From Protoeuglena noctilucae (Eukaryota): a stretch of DNA of 64,000 bases. Under the pieces are notes generated by a model. It did no database searches, was not told where the DNA came from, and saw only the letters and a program-made list of their open reading frames with translations. Positions within the stretch are counted from its first letter, which is position 1, and every line of letters begins with the position of its first letter. The DNA is taken from the NCBI GenBank assembly GCA_958009085.1, contig OY253690.1:124001-188000 (forward strand), in the 5' to 3' direction. This document shows positions 36,201 through 49,700 of this stretch, one piece after another. Both the position numbers and the translations under genes were made by a program.

Positions 36201-39200
36201 CCGGAGGGTTCTTGGCTGCCCAGTCGGCCCTTAGCAGAGTCGACAGAAGGGCGGCTGGCGGGGTGGGGTGCGCCGGGGGAGGCCAGGCCCAGCCCCTGTT
36301 GGTCAGCGACGCTCCCCACAGCACTGGATGCGTTACCGGCGTTACCGACACCGATAGATTTGTTACCGGCGTTATCAGCATCGATGAATGCGTCACTAAC
36401 ACCAATGGATGCATCACCGGCATCGATAGATGCATGGAGAGGGTCGATGTAGCTGAGGGGGTCGCGTGCGGTGGGCCCGGCGAGGGAGGGGGAGTCTTGG
36501 AAATAAGAAGACCCCAGGCCAAGGGCACTGCGGAGCTGCGGATGGGGCGGGAGGTGGGGAGATGTGTAAGTGGTGTGGTGCCCGGGCTGCGGGGCTGCGG
36601 ACGGTGGGGGGAGAGATAGGAAGAGGTATGGGAGGTATATATGAGAAATATCAGGACCCGTCCCACCGCCCAACCATTTAGAAATCTACTAACAACCCTG
36701 CCCTCGTCGCACCGCCCGCCGCTTCTCTCACCACCCCTTCACTGCCCCTCACCTCGTCATAGAGAGATAGATACCCCCCACTCCCACCACCCACCCCCGC
36801 CCCTTGTCACACCGCGACCTGGCCAGGAACCCCTCACCTCATTATAAGCCAATCCCCACCACCCACTCCACCCCCTCACCTTGTCGTACCTCGTCCTCGC
36901 CAGAACCCCCCTCACCTCACCTTATCATAAACCCCTATTCCCACCACCCATCATGAAAAGATACCCCCCACCCCCTCACCTTGTCATATCTTATCCTCGC
37001 CAAAAAACCCCTCGCGTGCCGCTGCAGTGTCACCACCGCCCGCCACCTCTCCCGCGCCCGCCGCCTCGCCACCGCCCCCCGCCACGCCGCTTGCACCTTC
37101 ACCGCCTTCGATTGCAACAGCGCTGCGTATTTCTCTTTTAGATACCGTTCCCGCACGACCCTCGCCCGCCACGCCTTTTGGATGGCGAGCACGGCGCGGA
37201 TGCGCGACGCCACTTGTCGCCTATCCCGCCACCCCCGCACGGCCGCTTGGATAACCACGGTGGCTCGGTCTAATGCGGTGTCCTCGGGGCGGCGCAGAGA
37301 GTCGGGGGTGGAGAAGGAGAGGGGGCCCAGGCCGGACGTGGAGGGCTGGCTGCTGAGGGACCTGGGCGGGTGTGGGGGTGCCTATATTTGTGAATTACTT
37401 GCATGTTGGACAGTACTACTTAGTGAAGCTTGGCTGTTAAGGAAATCCCACCTCACCTGCCACCGCACAGCGCTCTCTGCCATCAACCCCCCCCCAAACA
37501 CAACTCCTCCACCCATCACCACCCCCTCTCTTCCCCACCCATCACCACACCAATCCCCACCCCATCTCCTCCCTCATTACAATCACCATCCCATTTCTTG
37601 TCACCTCGCCTCGTCCGCCACTGCCGAGTCCCCCCCACATCTCCATCACCCATCACCACCCCCTCTCCCTCTCACCTCGCCTCGTCCGCCGCTGCAGAAT
37701 CCCTGCGCCCGATTGCCACACCCCCACGCCTCCCCCCCCGCCCCTCCACGTCGCGACTCACTGCCTGGGCCACTGCTTGGGATACAGAGGGAGATAAGGG
37801 TTACAAGGTGTGAGAGTTAAGAGGGGTGATTGATAGGGGATATGCACATGCGAGCAAACAGCACTGCGCCACTGCTTAAAATGGGGAGGGAGATGAGGGT
37901 CACAGAATGCGAGTGTTAAGGTGGGTGACTGATGGGGGATACAGACACGCGAGGGCACAGCACTGGGCATGTTAGATTGCATTTTGACTCTTGCACTCAA
38001 CATTGAAACCCCGCACTGTCGCACCCCCTCTCACACACACCCCCCGTCACCCCATGTTGCACCCTACACCACCCCACTCATGTCTCAACACCTCATGTTG
38101 CAATCTACAGTCATTATCAATAACACCCCCTCCCAACCCCTCACCCCTCTTCCCCAGGCTGCTGCTGGAGGCCGTCCTCGCCACGGCCCTCCGCCCCGTC
38201 GTCAGCTCGTGCACCCTCGCCCAGAACATCTCCCTGATTGCTTGGTACTCCGCCGATGCCTCTTTCAGCTCCGCCCATCGCTGATCTAATAGCTCGCGGA
38301 GATACAGCGAGCCGCTCTCGCTCTCCACCAATTCCTGAGGCAGGTGCATGAGGGGGTTCACGGTAATAATGTTTGCTTATCAAGTTTTGCTTACTGTCAA
38401 TCTTTATACTGTCTCCATACATGTAGCCACTATTGGTGTCATGTTATGGCAAACCATGGTACCTCATTCCGTGTATGGCTGTATTGTTATCCAACCATCA
38501 TCCACACACTCGCCTTGGATATGTCGCTGTACCGCACTTCGATGTCAGTGCACAGCCCCTCCCACTCGCTGTTGGCGTCGCTGGCCCGGGCGCGCCTCTC
38601 GCGCTCCTTGTCCGCCGCCTGGCGCTCCTCCAGCTGCGGGGAATGGGATATGTATGCGATTATATTATATTATATTATATTATATTATATTATATAATAT
38701 TATATGAGAGAGATGACGATGCATGAGTCTGGCGGTGGAATTGCCTTTGTACCTTTGGACCTCTTTGTACCACTTTAGTCGCATCGGGCTCTTAAGACGA
38801 AAATGAGAGATACCGTAGAGAGACTGGGCCATGCGCTACACCAAGCCTGTTTTTCACTATGGTGCCGACCCATGCACACCACCCCACCCCCACCTGCACC
38901 ACCCATGCACCCCACTTCACTCTCACCTGCACCTCCCCCTCCTCCCTCCCCTCCCCCTCTACTTGCGCCTGCAGCACATCCAGGTCTGCCTCGGCTGCAC
39001 GGCGACGGCGGTCGATGGCCATCCTGCGATCATGTTGGGAGAGAGTGGTATCATACCATTTATCAATGGCCATGCTGCGATCGATAAAAGAGAGCGGTAT
39101 CGGTGTTCACTTGATACTATCAGGTGTTGCCAACACCATTCCCGTCTCTCGCAGCCTCTTGCAGGAGATGGCTTCCCTCGGTTGGCAGAGTGTTGCATGT

Positions 39201-41688
39201 ACGCCCCCGCAGCCTCAGTCGTCCTCTACATGACCTCAGGCAGCTGCAAGCTCTCACCCCGTCCCCGCTAGGCACCTCCATAGGCTCAGGCAGTCGCCTC
39301 CACCACCTCCCGCAATCACATACAAGCTCGCACCCCATCTCCCCTCACCGCACCGCCTCCGCCATCCCATCCACCACCTCACACAAACACTTGAACAACA
39401 GCTTACTACACTCCATCTCCCTCCACCGCATGGCCTCTCCATAACATAGACAACCCCACACAAACACGCTCGCACCCCATCCCCCCTCACCGCACAGCTT
39501 CGGCCGTCCCCTCCATGGCCTCTGCCCTGGCCAGGTTGATGTTGAGGTGCGTGATGCGAAGTCGTATGCGCTTAAGAGATTCGTTCAATAAACCCACCAC
39601 GTCCTCACAGGACTTGCGCAGACCCATCGAGTCGAAGGAGATGTGGCGCTGGGCGCCGGGGGCCGACTGCACCTCCCTGGGAGTGCGGGGGGGGGGGGGG
39701 GGGAGCGGGGGTGGAGGTGAGATAGGGGGTGGGGGTGACGGTGAGGCGGGGGTGACGTGAGGTGCGGGGGTTACGCGAGGTGCGGGGGTAACTTGGGGTG
39801 CAGGGGTGACATGGGGTGCGGTGTTGGCTACAGTTGCGCCTTGCTGCCAATGGGCGTGGAGGGGGCCTGGGATGTCAGGGAACGGGATGTGGAGGTGCTC
39901 CGTAACACAGCAACTGCCATCTAAACTCCGCCTCTGCTGCTTAGTGACTAAGTTACTCACTTGATCATCTACTCCCCATATACCAAATAACTCACTTGAT
40001 GACCTGCCCCAGCGGCAGCATGTCCAGCCACTGCTGCGCCTCCCCGTGCCCCGCTTGCCCCAGCGCGATCGCCTGCTCCTCCAGGCGGGGGGCGATGGCG
40101 CTAATCGTGTCCGCGATCCGCGCCATCTCCAATTGCAGCGATCGCAAGTGCCTCTCCAGTTTCTGATACTCATCCCCCACCGCGTGGGCGGTGGTGACGG
40201 AATCGCGGACTGATGGCGACCGGGGGGGCGGCGAGCGCGGCTGGGGCGACAGGCCCGACCCGGACCCAGGCCTTCCGGCGCCCGAGGGCTCGTCTGGGTC
40301 TAAGAGATCTTTTACTTCCGGGTTCATCGCCGCCAAACGCATACTGGCGCGGGTCAGGGGCTCCTTCATCTCTCCCCAGGCGCTGCGGAGGGGGAGAGGA
40401 GGTGCGATATATATATGACACGAGGGCGATCAGGTGCGTGTTCTGAGCCGACGTGTTTGCGTTCGCTCACAGCACGAAACTAACACGGGCACAATTGCTG
40501 ACACACAGAACAGCGCAGCATCACGGTCCGGACCCAGCATCCCTTGCGTATCTGATACATTGGTCACATCTCATATACCCCTCGCCTGTACGACTCGGAC
40601 AGCTCAAACACCGAGTCGCGAAACTCGAGCAGCAGCTTGTGGGCCCCCTTGGCGCGGCTGAGGGCGTCTGCGGCCGCCCGGACCTTGTCGCGCTGTGCCG
40701 CACCGATCTCCAAGCACTTATCGTACTCGTCCCTCGCGGCCTCGAGCGTCGCGCGGGCCTGCTGCAGCCGCAGCGCGACGCTGGTGCGCTCGGCGCGCAG
40801 CATCTCCATGGCTTGCTTGCGGACCTGGGACGCGAACCGTGCGCCGATCTGTGCTGCAGTATATGCGATCTCCGCCTGCGCTTGCTCCGCGGCCATCGCG
40901 GCCATCGCGCTGATGCTGCTCTGGACCTGCAGGTCACAGAAGGGGATACCGGGCGGGGTTATATCACATGCGCGACGTCTGTGGTTGCTGTATGGTGTAC
41001 GGTATGGTTGCGGTACGCAGGCGTCTGCAGCTCCGCGCACCTGCGCCTGCCAGCCCTCCCACTGCGTGGCCTGCTCGATGAGGCGCTGGTGATGGTGTCG
41101 GGAGATCTCCAATACCCCCTTGCATGCGACCCGGAGACGCTCAGCAGCCGCCTCCGCACGGTGCGACCACTCCAGCAGCGCGATCTGCACCATCCTGCGT
41201 CGGATGACGCGCCGGACGCGGCTTTTTTCCTCACGACACGCGCCGAGGGTTGTGCACAGATCCTGTAACCACACAGCGCCCGCAGAAACCCACACGTGAG
41301 CCCCGTCACCTGGGCAGCGCACGCCTCAGCTCCTGCAGCTTGTCCTCCATGTGCTCCCGGTCCTGCTCCACGCGGCTGACAGTCTCGAATACCCCGGCCT
41401 CCCATTTCGAGAACTCGGCGTCGCCGCGGCCGGGCAGGCCACCGGGAAGGGCCTTGCGGACGCTGCTGTTGCTACGCAGGAGGGGGCTGCGACGTGACGG
41501 GACAGTCGGGTGGTCCGCGCTCGCTTGCCGCGGTAAGAGGAAAGCTTTGTAAACAATCCTGTCCCGCGTAGCCGGCCCTCGCGACGTGGGCATGCTCGGG
41601 CGGGACGCGCAGCTAATCAATCAGCTCACCCGCGCTTGGGCAAGCCCGCTCCGGCACCGGGAGGGTCGTCATGCCCGGAACCAGTCAT
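33243..41688 (-). CDS. Large coiled-coil + IQ-motif + C-terminal PH-like domain protein, multi-exon
   Basis: Four IQ motifs at 36980-37260 (IQAAVRGW, IQKAWRAR, VQAAWRGA, LQRHARGF) and N-terminal coiled-coil exons. The last exons read LLQVSRDLSRLSFK...IRVVDITEV...HSLVVRAKG...HRLGFPSEEDKRAWVEAV, resembling a PH fold. The start at 41688 (MTGSGHDD) is tentative. Confidence 0.7.
38660..38706. repeat. (TATAT)n AT-only microsatellite in an intron
   Basis: The run tatattatattatattatattatattatattatataatattatat stands out in a GC-rich context. Confidence 0.85.
39748..39820. repeat. 18-bp tandem repeat x4 in an intron of the IQ/PH gene
   Basis: Units ggggtgacgtgaggtgcg / ggggttacgcgaggtgcg / ggggtaacttggggtgca / ggggtgacatggggtgcg. 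Confidence 0.75.
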
Positions 41689-42300
41689 GTTGACTCTCAA
41701 ATATGACGTGCGACCCGACTCAACGCGTCCCTCTATCGTCTCAGCCCTTCCTGCAGGAATGAAGATGCGACGTGGGGAAACGGAGCGCGTGAGGCGCAAG
41801 CAAGGACGCTTCCCGTTGCTGAAGGCTTTAAAAGACGTGAGTGTCCTTGCCGGAAAGCGCGGCGACCTATCGCTGCACCAGGCGGGCGAACGAGCCTGTC
41901 GCGTCGCGTGCGGCGCACGAGCCTAACAACGCGGCGCTCCAGCTACCGAAACCCACCGCGTCGCTCACCGTCCACCGTCGGAGCTCATCGTCGTCTGTGC
42001 GATCCGCGGGTCTCCAGTGACACGCTCGGCGGCGCGCGCGGGCAGGCTGGGTCGCAGATCCAGACTTCAGCACTCGGCGATTGCAGCGATGAGCGCGGGG
42101 CCCTTTCCCCCGAGTCAGAGCGATGTTGATGACTAGCGGACGAGCCTAGGGCGGCGGGGTTTTTCCAACCATTTTGTTGGCAGACTGGGTATGGCCCTCG
42201 GCCGGGTGTGAAACATTAGTTGCTTCCCTGTAAAGATCTGTCGCCGTACCAATCTGCCGCCGACGCGCTCGCAGCGTAGCGTGGACAGCACCCGTGGCAA

Positions 42301-43417
42301 ATGGCGCCGTTCCCTGCCAAGGTCGCGGTGGTCGGCTCCGGCAACGTGGGCCTGACCCTGGCCAAGGGCTTCAGGCAGCACGGTAAGCAAGACATGTGGC
42401 ATGCACATCGATCTGCGTGCCGTGCTCCCCCGGCCGCTGGGCCCCGCGCAACCTCCAACTGCCTTGCTGCAAACGCAGGGGCCGCAGTGTTCGTCGGGAC
42501 GAGGAACCCGGGTAAGTGGCACCGTGCGATCATTCCGTGTCACAAACAGATGCCGATGCGATAGGGGAGGACTCGGATACTCTTGCGATAGCGGAGAAAT
42601 CGGACATTGCAAGCGCTAGCGTAATACCCCCGCGCACATGGCGACGCAATAACGAATATCCCCGCGCACATGGCGACGCGTGCACGCAACTAGCCACGGC
42701 GCCGTGCCATCCCAGAGAAGCTCGGCGAGTTTGCGTCCAAGCACCCGGACATCACCATCGGGGCCCCCGCGGACGCCTGCGCGTTCGGCGATGTGGTCGT
42801 TTTGGCCGTCCCCGGCCACGCGGCCAAGAGCGTAGCTCAGGACGTGAGGACGCAACTGCAGGGCAAGATCGTTATGGACACCAACAACCCGATTAGCGGC
42901 GTGGGTCCGGGCGGCGTGTTCAAGTGAGTTTCCCCGTTCTCGATTCTCGCTTTCCACTCCCCAAAGCACAGCTGCATCCGCAATGTATCCCTGCGCCTCC
43001 ATCCCTTGCCATTCTCGCATTCCATTGCCCAAATGCAGCAGCACCCGCAGTGTGTATCCCTGCGCCCCCATCCCCCTCCGCAGCTACTTCACGGATCGCA
43101 ACAGCAGCCTGCTGGAGATCCTGCAAGCGGAGGTGCCGGGCGCGCGCTGGGTCAAGGCGTTCAACAGCGTGGGCGCGGAGATGATGGTCAACCCTGCCCT
43201 CCCGGGCGGGCCCCCGACGATGTTCATTTGCGGCGACGACACCGAAGCCAAAGCCGTCATCGCGGCCATCTGCGTGGCGTTCGGGTGGGACCCTCTTGAC
43301 ATGGGCGTGGCTGCGGCTGCTCGCGCCATCGAGCCTCTCTGCCAGCTCTGGTGCATCCCCGCAATGACCAAGGGCGAGCGGACCTGGGGGGCGTTCAAAT
43401 TCCTCAAGTCGGCGTAA
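42301..43417 (+). CDS. NADPH-dependent F420 reductase-like / COG2085 dinucleotide-binding oxidoreductase
   Basis: Exons 42301-42382, 42479-42511, 42716-42923 and 43084-43417. Motifs KVAVVGSGNVG (Rossmann), DVVVLAVP, GKIVMDTNNP, VKAFNSV, ICGDDTEAK and GWDPLDMG...ARAIEPL. Confidence 0.9.
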
Positions 43418-43726
43418 GGGCACTCGCCAGGGTGATTTACAAGCAGTTTTGCAGGCAGTTTGCAGGACAGGGATGATAGGGATGCACTTGTACAGCGTGC
43501 TGTGTCAGTCGACCTGGGTCGTGCGTATGCTTGAAACGCGACATTGGGCACAGCATTCGATCATACGTCGCGCATCACACAGACAGTCTAGAAGTACTAA
43601 CCATCGCATGCCCGGCCCTGGTCCAGTGGTCGACCCAACGTGGGTTACCCTACCCAGTGCATGCCTGGCCCTGGTCCCTATGTCCCTACTTGCAAATAGC
43701 CATCGCCTCGAGTTACATGGGTTACC

Positions 43727-46700
43727 CTACTTGCAAGCAGCGATCGCCTCCGCGAGCCTCGCCGCGACCGCCCCGTGCACGTGCGCCCCCTCGGCCGCCA
43801 CCCTCGCCTCGCACACCGCCAGCGCCGCCCGTATCCCCTGCCTGTCCCCGATTGCGGCCATCGGCGCAAACACCCTCACGACCAGCAGCGTCCGCGTCAG
43901 GTCGGTGAACGGCCCCGCTGCGTGGGTGAAGCGCGGGCCGCCCCCGCCCGCATGCCCACCGCACGCCTGTGCGGACAGCTGCTCCTCCGGCGACGCCCAC
44001 GCCTCCAGCACCTCCCTCAATGCCGCTGCAGCTGCCGGGGCTATGCGCGACGCCCAGGGTAGGTGGGCTAAGGTGCTGATGCGGCTGCGTACCCAATCGG
44101 CCACCAGGGCGTGTAGCGTCGAGTCCTCCCGGTGCTGGTTGTCTGGACGATGGACAGGGTTGGCAGAGTAGCTAGTAGCATAAGTAGTAGCAAGGGGTTT
44201 GGGGTTTGCATGGCAAAACTATATTCTATACATTATATACCTCTCACCGGCCTCCCGATCGAAGATCTTCTTGGCGTGCCGGTCGACCTTGGCCCTCACG
44301 TGCAGGGGGATGTCGTGAGCAGAGACGCCTGATGTGACGACCGAGGGGGGGCAGCCCAGGAGCCAAGAGACCACCACGTGAGGCCTGAGAGACAGAGATA
44401 GTAGCAGAGCGTGCTTGTTGCAGTGCATGTTTGTTTGAGTTGTAGCTTGGCTAGTGCTACTGCATGTGACGGTGGCCGTCGGCGTGCGGCATATGGCCCT
44501 GCTGCTGACGTTAACAATCATATTTACCATAAATGAGTATGCAAGTGACACTAACACTGACACCAATGAGTTTCTTAATATGCCTCACCGGCACCCCATG
44601 AGTGCTTTGGCCGCCTCCCCCATGGCTCCCCTGAGCACGGCGTCGGGCGTCTCATAACGCGACCCCTCGCGCCCCACCGCCAGCGCCACCGTCTGCGAAG
44701 GAAGGGCAAGGAGGGCTTAAGATGAGATATATCTAAATTATGTGCAGGTGTGCCAAGAGACACGTTGCTGCCATGGATTGACCCATTGTTGTTTTGCCAC
44801 TGGCTACATGCTTCCACCCCAGCTGTGGCTCACATGGCAGGCTATGCATCCATCGAACTATACAACACAACTATCATTCACTTAATGTCCCAATCTTTCA
44901 GTCACCTCCGCCGCATGTCTCCTGACGGCCGGCTCCTCATCCTCCAGCAGATCGAGCGCCAGTGACCAACACCGTGCCGACCAATCCACAGTTACATCGT
45001 CACCCACAGTAGCACTACCAACGCTGACCTCGCTCCCCACGCCACCCCCACCCCCACCACCCCCACCAGCTCCACCACTCCCACCACTCCCACCAGCTCC
45101 ACCACCCCCACCCGCCAAACCACTCCCATACTGTCCCCCGCCGTCGCCACCGCCCCGCTTGCCACCCCCCAGTGCATGCGGAAGCAGCCCCAAGGCTCTC
45201 AGCGCCATCGCCGCCCCCAAGCGCATCTCCTCCACCTCCCCAGGCGCACCCATCGACTCCACACGAGACAAGAAGCCCTCAATCACTCGACTGAGCTCAG
45301 GAGATACATTGGCAACACTGGTACCCGTCGCTGCACCCGTCACTGCACCCGTGCCCACACCTACCCCCACTCCCGCCCCAGCCCCAGCCAATGCCGATGC
45401 CAGTGCCCGGCCCAGCGCAGCCGCCAGGCACCGCGCCCCCTCCCGCGCCACCCTGGGATTGCCCTCCCCGTCCAAAACGCCAGAAAGCACCCCCCACGCC
45501 TGGGGCCCAGGCGCAGCCGCCCCCGCATCCATCACCGCCGCCATCACCCGCAACAACCGCCGACGCGCCTTGTAGCTCCCCTCCTTGCCCACGTGCGACT
45601 CCAACAGCCTCATTACAGCGTCGGGATCCTCCAAATAACCCCGCAACCGATCCGCGGGGCCCGGCGACGGCCCCGGGGTTTCCGACGCCGTCGCCGGCGT
45701 TTCTGGCGCGACAGCGAGGGCGGCGAGCGTCCCGTCCTGCAAACCCTTGAGCCCCGCCGCTCGGACGTCCTCGTCGCCACTGGACAGCAGCAATCGCACG
45801 TCCGCCAGCGTCACACGAGGGCCGAGAGTGGTGGCCACAGCGACCAGCGCTAGCAGCAGCATCACTGGTACCAACGCCGTCGCTGTGAGTGATGTCCCTG
45901 TGAGTGCTGTGACTAGCCCGTGGGGCAAAGCGAGGATCGAAGTGGGCCCTCGCCGCGCGGGCACGGAAGCTCGAACCCCCCACGTCGCACGCATCCGGGC
46001 AGGTGGTGCGTTGTGCGGATGATGTGAGGACTTCCGCAGTGATGGCGCGGATGGCGATGGCCACTTGCTCGCGGAGAGAGCGTGCCGATGCGGCTACGGT
46101 GGTGGTGGTGGTGGTGGTGGTGGCAGTGGCAGTGGTAGTGGTGGTGGCAGTGGCAACCACTGAGCCATCGCTGTGTGACTCGGCACCCGCAGTTGATGCC
46201 ACAGCGTTGGCAGTCTCAGCTGGGCTGTCTGTGTCTGGGGCAGAGTCGGCCCCACGGGCGATGTCCTCCAAGGCATCGTGGCACAGGAGGAGCACCTGAG
46301 TGGAGATAAGAATGGAGACAAGTGAGAGTGAAGACCATCGACAGTATTTGATGTAATCAGATACTCTAGTTACTCCATGGTTACTCCACAGCAGAGTCGT
46401 GATGAGCAGCGACATGGCCGTGCAATCAAAAAAACCGCCAAACGCAAACAATCCATCTCGTCATTCATCATTACCCCAACCCCAACCACCCACTCGCAAA
46501 CTCGCCTCCAGCACCGCCTCCGCCACCGGGCCCGGCGCACTGCCCCCTCGCGCCAAATGCAGCGCCGGCTTGAGCCCCTCAAATACCCTCCCACACAGCG
46601 CCACCGCCACGCTTGGTGTCGCCCCCCCCGCCACCCCCTCCATCAGACCCCCCAGCACCAGCAGCGCCCCGTGAGCCTCGTTCCAGGGCAGTGCTCCCGA

Positions 46701-49700
46701 TGTTAATCGCGACGTAAGGGTGGTGATGAGGTCTAAGGCGTCTGCGACGGTGACGAGCGATGCCAAAGCGCGGGTGGCCAGGCGACGCACGGCGATGTGG
46801 CGGGAGCGGGTGCATGCTGGGGGGGGTAGCGAGATGGGGGTGGGGTGAGTGGAGTTGAGTTGATTTGCGTGGGGGTGAGGTGAGAGGGGTGGGGGGATGG
46901 TGTGAGGGTGAGGAATACTGTCGCATATTGCCAGCGCAAATGCGTGTAAGCAGCAGTCGCTTGCTATCACGACCACAACACCACTCGCCTGCCACCAATC
47001 CCACTCCGCACCATTATTATCAACTCTCATCCATCACCACCCCCCCCACCCCACTCACCCGCCACCATCCCCACGAACGCGGCGGGCGACGGCCCCCCCC
47101 GGTCCCTGGCCCGGAACGACGGCTGCAGCCTGGCCAGCAGCACCAGCACGGGATACAAACAAGGGTGGATGGACGACCCGGGTGGAGCGACGCGTGGGAA
47201 GGGGCGCCGGTTTCTGTTTCTGACACCGACTGGGGGGGACCCTGCGTGCCAAAATCCCCAACGCCGCCGCCGCCGCCCCTCTGCGCATCGCCCGACCCGT
47301 TTTCCGTTCTTCCAGAGTTGCTTGAAATTGCTCCAGCGTTGATCACTCCCTGCTTTGCCCCCTCAGCGCCCCCCTCTTGCTTTGCTGACTCGTCCCCATC
47401 AGTCACCCCGACAGTCGCCTCCCCCTCCCCCCCCAACTGGGCCACGGCCTCGGCCAGCTTCGTTAGCAGGCTGGGGTGCAGGGTTCGATTCCTGAGGAAG
47501 AACTCCCCGCCCGTCACCGACTGCACCGTGCTGCTCCCCCGCCCCTTGTTGCGGTGGCCCACGGCCTTGGCAAGCAGCGCCACGTAACACATGCTGGCGG
47601 CGCTGCGGACCTGGGGGGGTGAGGGTATGGAGAGATATATATAGATATATAGATGTATGGATAAGTGCGTAACACATGCTCGCGGCGTTGCGGACCTGGG
47701 GGTGAGGTAGTGGCTGATGAGAGTAAGAGGGGTTCGTAGAATTGACCTGGGCACCTCTCTCGGTTACTGCAATCCCACTTTGTAAGCTTCCACTGCAATG
47801 CATCCTCCGCGATATCCATTGCCTCTCTCACCCACCACCCACTACCACCCTCCCCCCCCTTCTCCCCTCACCTCCCACTGCGGCGCACTGAGCGCGTCGA
47901 TGGCCACGCGAATCGCCTCCTCGTGCCTCCCATAGGCATCGATCGCCAGGTGATGGGAGAATAGCAGAGCACGAATGGTGTGGAAGGCGTGCACGCGGGG
48001 CCAGGACTGGTCGTAGGTGAGACGGGACGCGTCGCCCGCTACCTGGGGGGGTGGTGGGTGTTATAAAGGTGATGTGAGGGGGGATGTGGGGGGCGGGGTT
48101 GTTATAGGGATGATTTGAGGGGTGGTGTGAGTGGTGATATGGAAGGTGATGTGAAATGCGTAACGGGTGAGAGAGTAAGGGTGCGGTATCACAACCGAGA
48201 GCAAATGACCAACTCACTGAATCTCTCTTACCCCATCACCCACCACATCTCTCACCCGCAGCACATCATCCAGTATCATCCCCATCAGCGGCTTGGCCCC
48301 CCTGGTTGCCACCGCCTCCCCCGCCGCCACCGCCAGCAATGCAGACGGCAGACCCGCAGACCGTCTTGTAATATCATCTCTGCACTGCCCCGGTCGCTGT
48401 AACCAGGTGAGTAGATCGGATGCCCAGGCGTGGGGGTGGGGGGAGAGGTCGGGGCGGCCGGTGGCAAGGAGGACCTGGGGGGGGGGGGTGGGGGGGGGTT
48501 GTGAGGGGTATGGGGTAATAAGAGGGGTGGGTGGTGGGGATGGGGGTGCGATGAGAGATGAGTGATGAAACATGGCTGTAAGGGGTGAGTCATGAGTGTC
48601 ACTGGTGAGCTATCATGGTTGTGACGTGACAAACTCATCTCATTGCATGTCCCACCGCCATCCCTCGCCTGCGTGAGCGTGGCATAGATGCAACACCCAC
48701 ACTCACACACACATCTCATCCCCCACCCCCTCGCCTGCGTGAGCGCGGCCAGGCTCAGCGCCGTGCGGTCCACCGCACCCCTGTGCTTGACGGCCTTCAT
48801 CGCAGCCACCATCGACGCGCCCATCTCGGCCATATCAGAGGCATGGAGCACGCCGTACCAGCGACGATTGGTGGGAGCGTCACTGGTGGTAGTAGCGCTG
48901 TCGTGTTGCGCATTGCTCTCCTCTTGTGCATTGCCAGCATGTGTACTGCCACTGCTCACAGCACCACTGGTCATGGTAGCGCTGTCGTGTTGCGCATCGC
49001 CCTTCGCTTGCGCATCACCCCCATGTTGTGTGCCGCCACTGCTTACAGCACCACTCTCTGTTTGTGCATAGCCCGCCTGTGAATGACCACTTCTCTTAGC
49101 AGCGCCCTTCCCTCGCACATCGCCACCCTCCCCCTCCCCCACCCCTCCCCCTGCCACCCCCACCCCCCCCTCTGCATTCCCCACCCCCACCACTCCATCC
49201 TTTGCCTTATCCCATTCTCCCTCCACGTTTTCTGGCACCAGGGGCACTTTGGATGCAATCTCCGCATACAAGGCATGCACCTCGCGCAGCGTCAGCCACG
49301 TGCCCGTCACCAGCACCTGGGGTTCGGCAGAATGGGGGGAGGAGGATTTTGTGAATGGCTGGAAAAGGCAGTATTATTGTTTCGGATGTTTACTTAGTTG
49401 TTTGGTTAGCAAAGCTGACAGCAACGTGGGTACTTGCCCCTCACATGCCCCTCTCGCTCTCACCACCCCTCGCATTGCCACCCTCCCCTCACCTGCACAT
49501 CTCTATCATACAATATATACACCCCTATCATCCACTCCCACCACCGCCACATCCCCCTCCCCTCACCTGCGCCTCCGACCCCAGCACCCCCTCCCCTCAC
49601 CTACACCTACATCTACACTTATCCATCACACACCCCAATCATCCACTCATCTGCACTTATCTACCACAAATGCCCATCCTCTCACAACCTTTTAATACGA

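Noticed and set aside
43713..43717. Chlorophyte TGTAA polyadenylation signal after THADA
   Set aside because: It is very close to the stop codon and I did not find it consistently behind the other genes, so it is not supportable.
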